The position numbers and the translations under genes are program-made. Under the pieces are notes generated by a model. It did not search any database. It was not told the origin of the DNA and was given only the letters and a program-made list of their open reading frames with translations. A stretch of 64,000 nt of DNA from an uncultured Fibrobacterota bacterium (GTDB lineage Bacteria > Fibrobacterota > Chitinivibrionia > Chitinivibrionales > FEN-1185): the NCBI GenBank assembly GCA_963729895.1, contig CAVSQB010000012.1:64001-128000 (forward strand). Direction: 5' to 3'. Of this stretch, positions 1-9,983 are shown piece by piece; position 1 is the first letter of the stretch, and each line of letters begins with the position of its first letter.

Positions 1-153
1 CAACCAGCACGGAAAAAGGAATGGCCTTCCCGAAAAGCAAACGGCCGCGTTGATTTGTGCCGTTAGTCAGAGCCGTCCTGCTTCGACTTCGCGGCCATAA
101 ACACTTCTAAAAATGCTCGTTCAATGCAGCAGGAAATGAGTTCTTCCAACCGT

Positions 154-1041
154 TTAGGAATCACGCTTTGAACGGTTGAAGAAACGGGAAAAGAGCCCTT
201 GTTCGCTCTTGTGCTTCTGAAGAGCCGCGCCTTCTCTGGCCTTGTTCTTCAGATAGTTCATGGAGGTGAAATAGAGATATTCGGTGTTGCTCGGCGGAGG
301 AATTTTTCTCATTGCTGCTGCCATTGCGTTTCTAGAAAGTCCCGCCTCCACAAGTTCTTCTTCGCCGGCCCGTGGCGCGGCGGGCTGGGCGGTCTGTTGT
401 TGAACGGGTGCATGTTCAAGTTGCTTGGTTTCGGGCGGTGGCGGAATGACCTGTTGCGTTTCCCGAGCGCGGTTCTTTCGACCGGCTGGGATTTTGTCCG
501 GGGAGGCTGCCGGAGCGGCATTGCCGTCTGCAAACCCCTCGGCCCCGTGCGGCTGATCGAAAAACGAATTGAATCCCTGGTCCACATCGTCCTGGGAGAG
601 CGACGGCATGGCAACCGGTCCCTGAAACAGGTTTTCCATGTTGCGCGTTATTGCCTCTAAAGCCCGCTGCAGCACGCCGGTATGGCGTTCAACACTCGAC
701 GACACAGCTGCAATCGGTATCGCCTTGTCGAAAATGGTGGCAATGATCGTGTTGTCGTCAACGAGAGAAATGAGCAGATTCTTCGATTTCCCGCAGTGGG
801 ACATTGTTGCGAATTCGTGTTCGCCAATAAGGCCTGCAATGGCCTGAGTGGACGCAAAACTGCCCACGACAAGGGCCGCAAGGGCAGACATGTCGAACAT
901 CGCGAGCGTTCCCTGGTGGGCGAGAAGGCGAGTATCCTTGTTGATGAGGAGCGCCGAAAGAATCTTTGTCTCGCTTACAAGTGTCTGCAGGATGGAATTG
1001 AGCCTGTCGATGTCTTCTTTGTAAAGAATTACATCGCTCAT
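154..1041 (-). CDS. Roadblock/LC7-domain protein (MglB-like GTPase regulator) with long low-complexity C-terminal tail
   Basis: N-terminal ~130 aa resembles MglB (ALLINKDTRLLA, ALAALVVGSFASTQAIAGLIGEHEF, LISLVDDNTIIATIFD); 4-bp overlap with upstream mglA. Confidence 0.8.
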   Translation of the reverse strand: MSDVILYKEDIDRLNSILQTLVSETKILSALLINKDTRLLAHQGTLAMFDMSALAALVVGSFASTQAIAGLIGEHEFATMSHCGKSKNLLISLVDDNTIIATIFDKAIPIAAVSSSVERHTGVLQRALEAITRNMENLFQGPVAMPSLSQDDVDQGFNSFFDQPHGAEGFADGNAAPAASPDKIPAGRKNRARETQQVIPPPPETKQLEHAPVQQQTAQPAAPRAGEEELVEAGLSRNAMAAAMRKIPPPSNTEYLYFTSMNYLKNKAREGAALQKHKSEQGLFSRFFNRSKRDS

Positions 1042-2432
1042 TGGGGTTTGTCTTTATTGAAAAATTTCGAAAGGAAACTACCCTGCGGCCTTGTCTTCGG
1101 ATTGACGGGGGGGCGTTTTGTTTTTTTTCGCTGGCCGGTATTGACCGACGTAAAATACAGGGGTTGTTCCCCGTCTGCCGGAGGCGCTTCCTGCGAATCC
1201 TCCGCGGCCTGGCGTGGAGGAAACTGCGGAATCTGATCATCGGTTTCGGGAAGGTCATAGACATCGTAGCTGCCCTTTTGAGGCGCAGGGAACGGGTTTT
1301 GCTGCTGCCGGGGACGAGGGGGAGGTGGCGGCGGCGGCGAGGCGGACTCCTGTTGCGGGGCTTGCGACGATTGCAACGAACGAAGCCTGCGTTGTTTTTC
1401 CTCTATTTCCTTTTGGTACTTTTCGATTTCGAGATCGAGATCTGTTTTGTCGACAGAAGGGGGCTGCGGGGCGGGTGCCGCTTTCGGGACAGCTGCTTCC
1501 GGCGCCATGGGTTCGAGGTTGATCGACCCATAGTCATAGTAATCGTTTCGGGGCGCCGCTTGCGGCTGTTGTTTGGGAGTTTGAGGGGGAACCGGAGGCA
1601 TTCGCGGAGCCTGCGCCTGTGGTCGCACCGGTTGCCCCTGTTGAGGGCCCTGAAAAATATCGTCTTGATATTGCGGAGCAGAAACCGGGCGCGGGGGCGG
1701 AACCGGAGCCTGCTGCATTCTCACCTGAGGCTGTGAGGGTGCATAGTAGGGATCGGCTGCAGGTCTCTGGGGTACTTGCTGCGGCGGGGGCGCCTGAACC
1801 TGGGGTCTTTGCGCCGGCTCCGGTGATTGCCCTGTTGCCGGCCTTGAATACTTCCTGTTGAGGCTGTCAATGACGATTTTGCCGATAATTTTCAGAGATT
1901 CGAACACGCCCTTTCCCTGATTTGCAACAGCCTCATTCCAGGGGTAGCCGAACTTGTTGAGTGCTTTTTCGAGGGCTTCGATGGGCAAGGCGTTCGGTAA
2001 GTCCCTCTTGTTATATTGAATGACAATTGGAATGCTGCCCTGTTTGATGCCGTATTCGGCAAGGTTGTCGTGCAGATTCTGGAAGCTTTCGAGGTTTTCC
2101 TGTGTTTTGTCTTGCGCCGAATCGGCCACAAATACTACGCCATCAACACCTCGCAGCACAAGCTTCCTCGTTGCGTTGTAGTAGACCTGGCCCGGAACGG
2201 TGTACAACTGGAATTTCGTTGAGAAGCCTTTGATTTTTCCTAAATCGAGCGGAAGAAAGTCGAAGAACAGGGTCCTGTCCGTTTCGGTTGCGAGCGAAAC
2301 CATGTCGCTTCTGTAATCGATTGGAATCTTTCGGTGGATTACCTGGAGGTTGGTTGTCTTGCCGCTCAACCCGGGGCCGTAGAAAACAATCTTCACACTT
2401 ATTTCCCTGATCGCGTAATTGATTGATGCCAT
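1038..2432 (-). CDS. mglA: MglA-family small GTPase with Pro/Gln-rich C-terminal extension
   Basis: MASINYAIREISVKIVFYGPGLSGKTTNL, ATETDRTLFFDFLPL, TVPGQVYY and NKRD are diagnostic MglA G-boxes; GAGAGG RBS-like sequence upstream. Confidence 0.92.
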   Translation of the reverse strand: MASINYAIREISVKIVFYGPGLSGKTTNLQVIHRKIPIDYRSDMVSLATETDRTLFFDFLPLDLGKIKGFSTKFQLYTVPGQVYYNATRKLVLRGVDGVVFVADSAQDKTQENLESFQNLHDNLAEYGIKQGSIPIVIQYNKRDLPNALPIEALEKALNKFGYPWNEAVANQGKGVFESLKIIGKIVIDSLNRKYSRPATGQSPEPAQRPQVQAPPPQQVPQRPAADPYYAPSQPQVRMQQAPVPPPRPVSAPQYQDDIFQGPQQGQPVRPQAQAPRMPPVPPQTPKQQPQAAPRNDYYDYGSINLEPMAPEAAVPKAAPAPQPPSVDKTDLDLEIEKYQKEIEEKQRRLRSLQSSQAPQQESASPPPPPPPRPRQQQNPFPAPQKGSYDVYDLPETDDQIPQFPPRQAAEDSQEAPPADGEQPLYFTSVNTGQRKKTKRPPVNPKTRPQGSFLSKFFNKDKPQ

Positions 2433-2527
2433 TGAAGTATACCTCTCTTAAATCACAGGGCGAAAAAAAGAGTTCTTCGCGGGTCGATGCTCCACGTAAC
2501 CTGACCTAAACCCATATTTTAACATAA

Positions 2528-2556
2528 AATATAGTTCCCAAAGAAAGAATATGCAA
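2528..2556 (-). promoter_or_regulatory. Putative sigma70 promoter for mglA
   Basis: Minus strand TTGCAT-17 nt-TATATT, ~95 nt upstream of the start codon. Confidence 0.4.
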
Positions 2557-2680
2557 GCAAAGACAGGGAAGTTTTCCCAAAATATCCGCATCAATATCCG
2601 GCACGATAATCATCGGAAACAAGAGATACTTTTCCGTCAAATGACAAATCGGACTCGGTACGGCGGCGGCAAACGAGGGG

Positions 2681-3751
2681 CTACTTTACCGCAGGCCCCC
2701 ATGGCTTTTGCCACGCCTGGGGCCCACGGTCTTCGGGACACAGCAGACCTTTTTTGACAAGAGCCGCCGTATTTGGCGGAGGATTTCCCGTAAGCGCCCG
2801 ATAGTACAATGATGCGATTGTTTCCTTTTGCGTGTTCCACTCGGCTCTTACTTCATTGACCGCCAGTTGCCTCGCTATGGTTGCGTTGCGAAACGACGGG
2901 ATCAAGCCAAGGTGCGACAGCGAAAACAGGGCAAGGGCCCAAATCAGAACAACGACAACAGATACCACTGCCGTCATACTGTTCGGCGCCGGTTTGCCCA
3001 GGGCGGACGCAAGCTGTTTTTCCTGGGGCCGGCTGACGGCGAGCGGCGCCACGACGGATTCGTGCCACAGGCTGAAAAGAGTTTCATACACGCGGTAGGG
3101 CAAAAGAATCGACTCTTTGCAGATGCCGCCCACGGTCGTTGTGCCGTTCACAAAAGACAATATATAACCGGAAACATCCGAAACCGGTGACGCGGGAGAC
3201 AAAAGGGCTTGAGGTTTTTGAACAACAGAGAACACGGTTTCATCACTGATGTGTTGTCGTATCCGTTTCCATTCGTCGGTTCGCCGCATCGCCTCCATGG
3301 TAATCGCATCGACGGGAAAGGTTACACCGCCGATGGCGTATTCGCGGATTCCATCGAGCGAATCAAACCGGTAGTTTCCCTGATCCCACAGAAACAAGCT
3401 GCAGGCAAGGTCTTCTATTCCCATTCGGGCAAACAGTGACAGCTCGCTTGCAGGAAGGTAATTCCTGTTTACTAATTCCTGAGAGAACTGTCCCATCTCG
3501 CCGTGGCATACTTGCAGCAGTTCGTTGAGTTCTTCCTCTGAGTACCGTTTCACCGACATAAGGTACCGGAACAGCAGCGTCTGCAGGTTATGTTCGTTGG
3601 TACCAGCGGCAACAACCGCTCCCTTTGAAAAAATGACGAATGCCTCTTTGTCTTGGTGAGAAAGAACAAGCTGCCCCGTTTTTGCGTCGCGGGATATGAG
3701 CTGGAAGATTTCCGCCAGCTCAAATTCGTGCAAACTTCCTCTGAGTGCCAT
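2681..3751 (-). CDS. DUF4388 (PatA-N-like) domain membrane-anchored protein
   Basis: MALRGSLHEFELAEIFQLI...KTGQL...LFLWDQGNYRF...MEAMRRTDEW typical of DUF4388; one hydrophobic TM segment near residue 260-285. Confidence 0.8.
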   Translation of the reverse strand: MALRGSLHEFELAEIFQLISRDAKTGQLVLSHQDKEAFVIFSKGAVVAAGTNEHNLQTLLFRYLMSVKRYSEEELNELLQVCHGEMGQFSQELVNRNYLPASELSLFARMGIEDLACSLFLWDQGNYRFDSLDGIREYAIGGVTFPVDAITMEAMRRTDEWKRIRQHISDETVFSVVQKPQALLSPASPVSDVSGYILSFVNGTTTVGGICKESILLPYRVYETLFSLWHESVVAPLAVSRPQEKQLASALGKPAPNSMTAVVSVVVVLIWALALFSLSHLGLIPSFRNATIARQLAVNEVRAEWNTQKETIASLYYRALTGNPPPNTAALVKKGLLCPEDRGPQAWQKPWGPAVK

Positions 3752-3752
3752 G

Positions 3753-5891
3753 CTATTGACTCCGCTTCATAAGTACCGCGACACTTTTGACAATTGCGCG
3801 CACAGCAAATACCGCGCTGTAGCTGAACAGCACCGCATACAAAGGCACAAAAAGGCCGTGCACGGCCCATGCCGGGTATTCGAATGTCGCGGTAACCAGC
3901 GAAACGAGCGTTGCGTAGACCATCGACGTGGCCAGCAGAAGAGGCAGAGATTGATAAGCGGGAGCTCCCCGATATACGGTCCCGACGCCCGGGAAAACCA
4001 GGTTGAGCAGGATCGCCGCAATTGCATGTGAACGCCGCGACCTCACCTGAATCTTTGTCATGATTCGCTGGCGGATTTGTTCGTTGCGGATATGCTCAGT
4101 TGCATCGAAGCAGGTCCTGCATATACTGCCTCGCTTGCACTTCCGGCAGACGGGTGCTTGGCAGAGTTTGCAGGACGATACCTTTTTTATAAGGTCTTTC
4201 GACCAAACAGAAGCGTCCAGAATAAGAAGAAGCGCAAGCAGTGCACCCGAAAGGATCAGATACGCAATAAGAGGAACGCCGAAAAACAAGCCCCCGAACC
4301 GCTTGCTCGCGGTGTCCCACGTCCCGCTGTAGCTGGGAAACACGTTCTTCCAGAAATACGCAGGGGCAAAATCGGGGCAGATAAGCTGCCGAAGCGGCGG
4401 CCAGTCCTTGGAGAAGCACTCGTCGTTTTTCTTGATAAATGCGTCGACATATTCGGGATTGAGTCTCGTTGCCTGCGTGATGTACTCCATGCCCTTGGCG
4501 GTTTCCATTGAGTTAAAGTAGTACTGGCCCAGGTTGAAGTAGGCGGGTTCGTACTGAGGATAAAGCTGCACGCATTGCTGGTAGGCATTGCGCGCGCCAA
4601 CAAGGTCGCCGGAATAGTACAAGACATTCCCCGCCGCAACAATGACCGCCGGATCGTCGTGGGCGAGCATCTGAGCAACTTTTATATGAGGGAAGGCCGC
4701 CAAGGGAGACCCTTTCTTGCACAAATACAGGGCCGCTGCAGTGTGGGCGAGATAGTCTCCGCCCCCGTGCTGCGCACGGGCTGCGATGAGCGAGTCGAGC
4801 TGACTATAATATCCTTCGTCAACAGCTTTCTTATACGCCATGAGTGATCCGTTTGCCGAGAGCGCCTGGTCGAACATGTCGTTTAATTTGATTCCGAGGG
4901 GCACGAGGAGGAAGAGGACAAGTGCAACCTCTGCCAGGTGCTTGTCCTTTGCGCTGAAGCGCCGCCAGACCACAAAGAGGAAACACCAGACAAAAGGGAT
5001 GGCTCCCAAGAACAAAACGGAGCCGAATGCCCCGAGCGCAAGCAACAATTTGCCTTTGGAACTAAAAACGTCCGAAAACCGCTCTGCAGAAAGGTGAAGT
5101 GCGGGTGAAAGGTACTTTGCGCCGAGCCCGACAAGAATTCCCGCCACCACGAATTGCAGAACAAGAAAAAGCCAGGCGAACAGCGCCCTGAAGAATACGA
5201 TCTGGTTTTCCCATGATGCCAAGACTGCGCCTATGAGGTCGCGCGCCTGTGCAAACGTTTTTGGCAGATTGAATATGCCGTTCGACTCCAGCGCGAAAAC
5301 GGACGGCCACAGGCAACGCCTGTCGAACCGTTGCGCCCATGCCGCAAAAAATTCAGCGTCATTGGCATTTCCCCTGTTGTTCAAATAGGCGGATTTGTAA
5401 AGCAATTGCTGAACAATGACCGGGGCAGACAGTGCGCCCGAGGTAAGGAAGAGCAATTCGAGCTTCTTGAGGCATTTCTCTTCCCAGCCGACCATGCCGC
5501 ATCGATCGAATTCCATCGCGAGCACCCAGGCAAGCCCAGGGTCTTTTCCTGCAGCCGCAATCGCATGTGTGAAACAAGCAGAGGCAACGTCGGCATTGTC
5601 CTTTGCGGCAAACAACCCCTGCAGAAAGTAAGGCCAGGGTGATACCGTATCGGGGGAAAGCGGCCGGTAGTGATCGGACGAAAAGAAATCGCGCGGCATT
5701 TTTTGAAATGCCGCCGCGTCGATCCCGGCTTCACGGTAGGAACTGTCTCTGGAATCGAGGCCCGTGGCTATTTCGTGCTCCCAGAAGATGGGAGCCGCAT
5801 CGATTGATAATGAAATGAACAGGAGGAGGAATATCCCGTGTTGTGTCGGCAGCAAATGTGCGCCTCTTGAATGGGATCGAGCTGTGCTCAT
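3753..5891 (-). CDS. Multi-TM tetratricopeptide repeat protein with Cys-rich (Zn-finger-like) segment
   Basis: TPR repeats (AGNVLYYSGDLVGARNAYQQCVQLYP, AYFNLGQYY), several TM helices, CKLC..VCRKC..ICRTC; start uncertain (ORF extends to 5957). Confidence 0.7.
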   Translation of the reverse strand: MSTARSHSRGAHLLPTQHGIFLLLFISLSIDAAPIFWEHEIATGLDSRDSSYREAGIDAAAFQKMPRDFFSSDHYRPLSPDTVSPWPYFLQGLFAAKDNADVASACFTHAIAAAGKDPGLAWVLAMEFDRCGMVGWEEKCLKKLELLFLTSGALSAPVIVQQLLYKSAYLNNRGNANDAEFFAAWAQRFDRRCLWPSVFALESNGIFNLPKTFAQARDLIGAVLASWENQIVFFRALFAWLFLVLQFVVAGILVGLGAKYLSPALHLSAERFSDVFSSKGKLLLALGAFGSVLFLGAIPFVWCFLFVVWRRFSAKDKHLAEVALVLFLLVPLGIKLNDMFDQALSANGSLMAYKKAVDEGYYSQLDSLIAARAQHGGGDYLAHTAAALYLCKKGSPLAAFPHIKVAQMLAHDDPAVIVAAGNVLYYSGDLVGARNAYQQCVQLYPQYEPAYFNLGQYYFNSMETAKGMEYITQATRLNPEYVDAFIKKNDECFSKDWPPLRQLICPDFAPAYFWKNVFPSYSGTWDTASKRFGGLFFGVPLIAYLILSGALLALLLILDASVWSKDLIKKVSSCKLCQAPVCRKCKRGSICRTCFDATEHIRNEQIRQRIMTKIQVRSRRSHAIAAILLNLVFPGVGTVYRGAPAYQSLPLLLATSMVYATLVSLVTATFEYPAWAVHGLFVPLYAVLFSYSAVFAVRAIVKSVAVLMKRSQ

Positions 5892-6105
5892 TGGGTCTTC
5901 ATGTCCGTAAACGCGTGCGGCAATATAGGTGCATTGACGGTTTGCGCAATGGCGCAAACCGGATACCTTCGGAAACAGGATACATACATTTTACATCCAT
6001 TGCAAGGAAAAAAGCAAATGTAATTACCGGAAAGTCCGGCACATTCTGGCAAACCTACATCACAAAATAAACAATGGTTTTGCCCGGATGGGCGCACGGT
6101 GGGAA

Positions 6106-7350
6106 TTATCCTTCTCCCCGAACAAGATCCTCGAATGTTTCCCGCTTGCGGACGACGGCGAATGTCGATCCGTCCACGAGAACTTCGCAGGCCCGCGGTC
6201 TCGAATTGTAGTTCGAAGACATGGAAAAGGCATAGGCGCCCGCGCTCCGGACGGCAAGGAGTGATCCCTGGATAATGCGGTCGATCGTGCGGTCCTTTGC
6301 AAAGAAATCAGCAGACTCGCACACCGGGCCGACGATATCGACCATGGTTTGCTGTGCGTCTTTCCGCTGCACGACAGGGACAACCGAATGGTACGCGTTG
6401 TACAGCGGCGGGCGGATAAGGTCGTTCATCCCGGCGTCGCAGATGTAAAATAACCTGGTCTGGGTCTGTTTCACGTAGGTGACCGCGGTCAACAGAACGC
6501 CCGCGTTGCCTACCACGAACCGGCCCGGTTCAACCACAAAGTCGCATTTCAGTCTTTCGGCATAGGGGGCCAGTAGACCCGCAAATTGGACGGGCGTGAA
6601 GGGAGATTCGTCTTTGTAAACAATACCGAATCCCCCGCCGATGTCTATGGTATGCACGTTGATGCCGACAGTATGCAGCTGAGTATAAAGATCGCTGAGC
6701 AGGTCTAACGCACGCCGGTAGGGCTCAAGCGACAAAATGGGCGAACCCAGATGAACGTCGATGCCGATCGGATTGATATGAGGCAAGGATTGTGACTTCT
6801 TGTATAGCTCAAGGGCCGCAGGAAAAGGAAGCCCAAACTTGTCTTCCTTTCTTGCCGTCGTGGTATAGTGGTGGGTGTTGGCGTCGATGTCGGGGTTGAC
6901 ACGAAGGGAAATAGACGCTATGGCATCCATCGATTTTGCAACATCGGACAAGGCGAAGAGTTCCGCTTCGGATTCGACATTGAACATGCCGATTCCGCTC
7001 TTCAGGGCGTAGCGGATTTCAGACGCGGTTTTTCCCACGCCCGAGTAAACGATTTTTCCGGGTGCAATGCCTGCCCTGAGCGCGCGGAACAATTCTCCGC
7101 CCGAAACAATGTCCGCGCCGATATCTTTCTGGGCCATGAGGCCGAGGATGGCAAGATTGGAGTTGGATTTGACGGAGAAACACACCTGAACGTCGATTGA
7201 TTCAAACGCCCCCAGCAGCAGTTCGAGATTGTTTATGATGCTCGCCTTGCTGTAGACGTATGCCGGTGTGCCGACATCGCGGGCGATTGCCGACAGCGCG
7301 ACATTTTCACAGTATAATTCTTCACCCACGAGATGAAAATTGTTCATCAT
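6106..7350 (-). CDS. lysA: Diaminopimelate decarboxylase
   Basis: FSVKSNSN (PLP Lys), DIVSGGEL, HLGS, DIGGGFG, EPGRF, GPVCESAD, GAYAFSMSSNYNSRPR. Confidence 0.95.
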   Translation of the reverse strand: MMNNFHLVGEELYCENVALSAIARDVGTPAYVYSKASIINNLELLLGAFESIDVQVCFSVKSNSNLAILGLMAQKDIGADIVSGGELFRALRAGIAPGKIVYSGVGKTASEIRYALKSGIGMFNVESEAELFALSDVAKSMDAIASISLRVNPDIDANTHHYTTTARKEDKFGLPFPAALELYKKSQSLPHINPIGIDVHLGSPILSLEPYRRALDLLSDLYTQLHTVGINVHTIDIGGGFGIVYKDESPFTPVQFAGLLAPYAERLKCDFVVEPGRFVVGNAGVLLTAVTYVKQTQTRLFYICDAGMNDLIRPPLYNAYHSVVPVVQRKDAQQTMVDIVGPVCESADFFAKDRTIDRIIQGSLLAVRSAGAYAFSMSSNYNSRPRACEVLVDGSTFAVVRKRETFEDLVRGEG

Positions 7351-7401
7351 CCATCCCTGGAAAATGACGACTTTGATCGAGGAGATGCGAGACGGGGCCT
7401 G

Positions 7402-7659
7402 TTATCCCTGCAGCTTGCCCACATGAATAAAGAGCCGTGATTTCTTGTTGGCGGCATTATTCTTATGGATAAGCCCACCGCCGGCGCATTTGTCGATGAA
7501 CGATACTGCCATCTTCAGCCTGTCTTGCGCGGCTTTCTTGTCCTTTGAGTCGAGGACATCGCGAATGACGGTGCGGAGTTTCGACCAGTCGCTCCGGTTC
7601 TTGAGATTGGCTTTTTTGCTTTTGCGGACATGCTTTTCACATGCTTTGTGTTGAGGCAT
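7402..7659 (-). CDS. rpsT: 30S ribosomal protein S20
   Basis: 85 aa basic protein, MPQHKACEKHVR...IHKNNAANKKSRL; AAGGAG RBS. Confidence 0.93.
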   Translation of the reverse strand: MPQHKACEKHVRKSKKANLKNRSDWSKLRTVIRDVLDSKDKKAAQDRLKMAVSFIDKCAGGGLIHKNNAANKKSRLFIHVGKLQG

Positions 7660-7889
7660 TGAGAATACTCCTTGTGATCCTGCTGGCTTGGAAGATTCGG
7701 GACACCATCAAATATAAGCCCTTAAAATATATCCGACGTCCAATCGTTGTCAAATAGTGCTTCTTCGCGGTTTCTTTTGCCGGCAGAGGCATATATTTTC
7801 TAAGAATAACCACTGGGCCGCTCTTGGAGGTATTTTATTCCGGACCGAATTTGGCCCCGTCACCTTCATCAAATACTGCCGGGCGTTCG

Positions 7890-8975
7890 ATGGAAAACGA
7901 AAGAGATACGAAACATGCAACGTTCAATTGTGTTGAATTGTGCGGTGCCATTCATCTCCACACGACGTTTTCCGACGGTGGCGTACACTATCCTGCCCTC
8001 ATTGCGGCGGCAAAGGAAGTCGGGCTCGATTTCATCGTTGTCACCGATCATGCATCCCTCGAAGGAAGAAATGCCGGGTACGAGGGTTTTTCCGGCAAGC
8101 TGCTTGTGTGCGTCGGTTATGAGCACAACGACGCGAACAACATCAACCACTACCTGGCCCTCGGATGCGACACGGTTGTAAACTACCGCGAGACGCCGCA
8201 AGGGTATATCGACAGGATAAAGGCCCAAGGGGGCATCGGTTTTATCGCCCATCCCATTGAGGTGCGCCATTATTTCGACAAATACCCTCCGTATCCCTGG
8301 AAAGAATGGGACGCCACAGGCTTTGACGGGATAGAACTGTGGAACCAGATGTCCGATTGGCTGGAGAACCTGAGAAGCCGACTCCACTTTGTGAAGTTGT
8401 TTTACCCGCGCCGGTTCCTCATGGAAGTCAAGAAAGAACTCCTTGCACGCTGGGACAATCTGAACAGGCGGCGATTCGTGAGCGGCATAGGCGGTGTTGA
8501 TGCGCATACCATGAAAATGCGGCTCGGCCCGTTCAGGTTAACCATATTCCCCATCAAGGTGGAACTCAAAGGAATCCGTACCCACGTGTACCTGGATCGT
8601 TCCTTGCCTCAAGACGACGCGGCTGCAGCGCAGGCAATGCTCCTTACGGCGCTTGGAAACGGCAACGGGTTTGTGTCCAACTATCGGCGGGGAAACGCGC
8701 AAGGAACCCGGATTTTTCTTGTGGACGCAGAGGGCCGCTCCCGGTATCCCGGACTTGCCGCGGATGAGCCGAAGTTGCCGGGGCGCCTGGTCGTGAGCAT
8801 CCCCGAAAAAGCGGCTGTCCGTCTTGTGCACAACGGTAAACACGTTGCGGAAGCGGGGGGCAGGAACGCGGAATTTGCAATATCGTCGAGTGGAGTTTAC
8901 AGAATAGAAGTTTATAAAGGAAAATATGCGTGGATCTATTCAAACCCGTTTCCCGTGGGGCGATATCCGCTGTAG
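7890..8975 (+). CDS. PHP-domain metallohydrolase
   Basis: HLHTTFSDG, VTDH, IAHP, GIELWN, GGVDAH PHP motifs. Confidence 0.85.
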   Translation: MENERDTKHATFNCVELCGAIHLHTTFSDGGVHYPALIAAAKEVGLDFIVVTDHASLEGRNAGYEGFSGKLLVCVGYEHNDANNINHYLALGCDTVVNYRETPQGYIDRIKAQGGIGFIAHPIEVRHYFDKYPPYPWKEWDATGFDGIELWNQMSDWLENLRSRLHFVKLFYPRRFLMEVKKELLARWDNLNRRRFVSGIGGVDAHTMKMRLGPFRLTIFPIKVELKGIRTHVYLDRSLPQDDAAAAQAMLLTALGNGNGFVSNYRRGNAQGTRIFLVDAEGRSRYPGLAADEPKLPGRLVVSIPEKAAVRLVHNGKHVAEAGGRNAEFAISSSGVYRIEVYKGKYAWIYSNPFPVGRYPL

Positions 8976-9017
8976 TTCTCAACGGATGGTGCGGATGACG
9001 TTGCAAAGCGGGCGCCC

Positions 9018-9983
9018 ATGAGGCCCCTGTTCCTCGTTCGTTGCGCCGATGCCGTAATTCTTTCGAGGCCGCTTTTGTGGATCCCGGTGTGGGGATTCAG
9101 CATTTTTGGGTACATTTGCGGGTTGCGAAGCCTTGGCAGGTCTTCCCTTTGGGCCGCCTGGACGTCTCCGCCGTCCGTCCCCGGGTGGATGTTTGTATTT
9201 TCGTTTTCCGTCGGCGCCGTATACGTGTACAACCAGATCGCCGACAAAGAAGTGGACGCGGTGAACTCCGGTTTCCCGCTGTTGGCGCGAGGCAATGTTC
9301 CGCCATGGCTTGCATGGATCACCGCCGCCGGCCTGGCTCTTGCTTCGGTGCTTATTCCGCTCGGCAAACGACCTCTGCTCTCAGTCTTTTCCTTACTGGC
9401 GCTGGCTGTCGGATTTGTCTACAGCGCAAAACCGACGCATCTTTCGGGCCGGTTCATTGCCGATTTCCTTACCAATGCCGTCGGCTACGCTCTCATTGCC
9501 TTTGGCGCCGGCTGGTATCTGACGGGCGCGCCCTTTGGAATTCAGTTCTTCCTTTCATCCGTGCCATATTTTTTTCTCATGTGCGCAGGCTCCATCAGTT
9601 CAACGCTGCCCGATTACGAAGGTGACCGGAAATGCGGCAAGAAAACCACCGCGGTTACCCTCGGCGTTGGGTCGGCCCACAAAATCGCGTCGCTGTTTAT
9701 CGCGGCCGGGCTTCTTTCTTCTCTGCTCTTGCGCGATTGGATCGCCGCGGCATGCGCCTGCGCAGCTGTTCCTTTCTACTGTGCGTTTCTTGTTCGAAAC
9801 ACCGTTCGAACAATGGAAGCAACCTACAAGATAGGCGGAATGATTCTGATGCTGGCCGCCGCGGTGCTGTATCCTTATTTAGCGCCGGCTTCACTACTGT
9901 CGCTCCTGGTAACCATGGTTTATTTTCGCATGAGGTTTCATGTCCGGTACCCATCTCTTGTCCCCGATCAGCCGAAACCGTGA
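9018..9983 (+). CDS. UbiA-superfamily prenyltransferase
   Basis: Multi-TM; Asp-rich motifs NQIADKEVDAVN and LPDYEGDRKCGKKT. Confidence 0.88.
   Translation: MRPLFLVRCADAVILSRPLLWIPVWGFSIFGYICGLRSLGRSSLWAAWTSPPSVPGWMFVFSFSVGAVYVYNQIADKEVDAVNSGFPLLARGNVPPWLAWITAAGLALASVLIPLGKRPLLSVFSLLALAVGFVYSAKPTHLSGRFIADFLTNAVGYALIAFGAGWYLTGAPFGIQFFLSSVPYFFLMCAGSISSTLPDYEGDRKCGKKTTAVTLGVGSAHKIASLFIAAGLLSSLLLRDWIAAACACAAVPFYCAFLVRNTVRTMEATYKIGGMILMLAAAVLYPYLAPASLLSLLVTMVYFRMRFHVRYPSLVPDQPKP

Noticed and set aside
2517..2544. Second dif-like site (minus strand TTATGTTAAAA resembles a XerD arm)
   Set aside because: The XerC side (TCTTTGGGAAC) has no CATAA/TAGAA match; better explained as the AT-rich mglA promoter.
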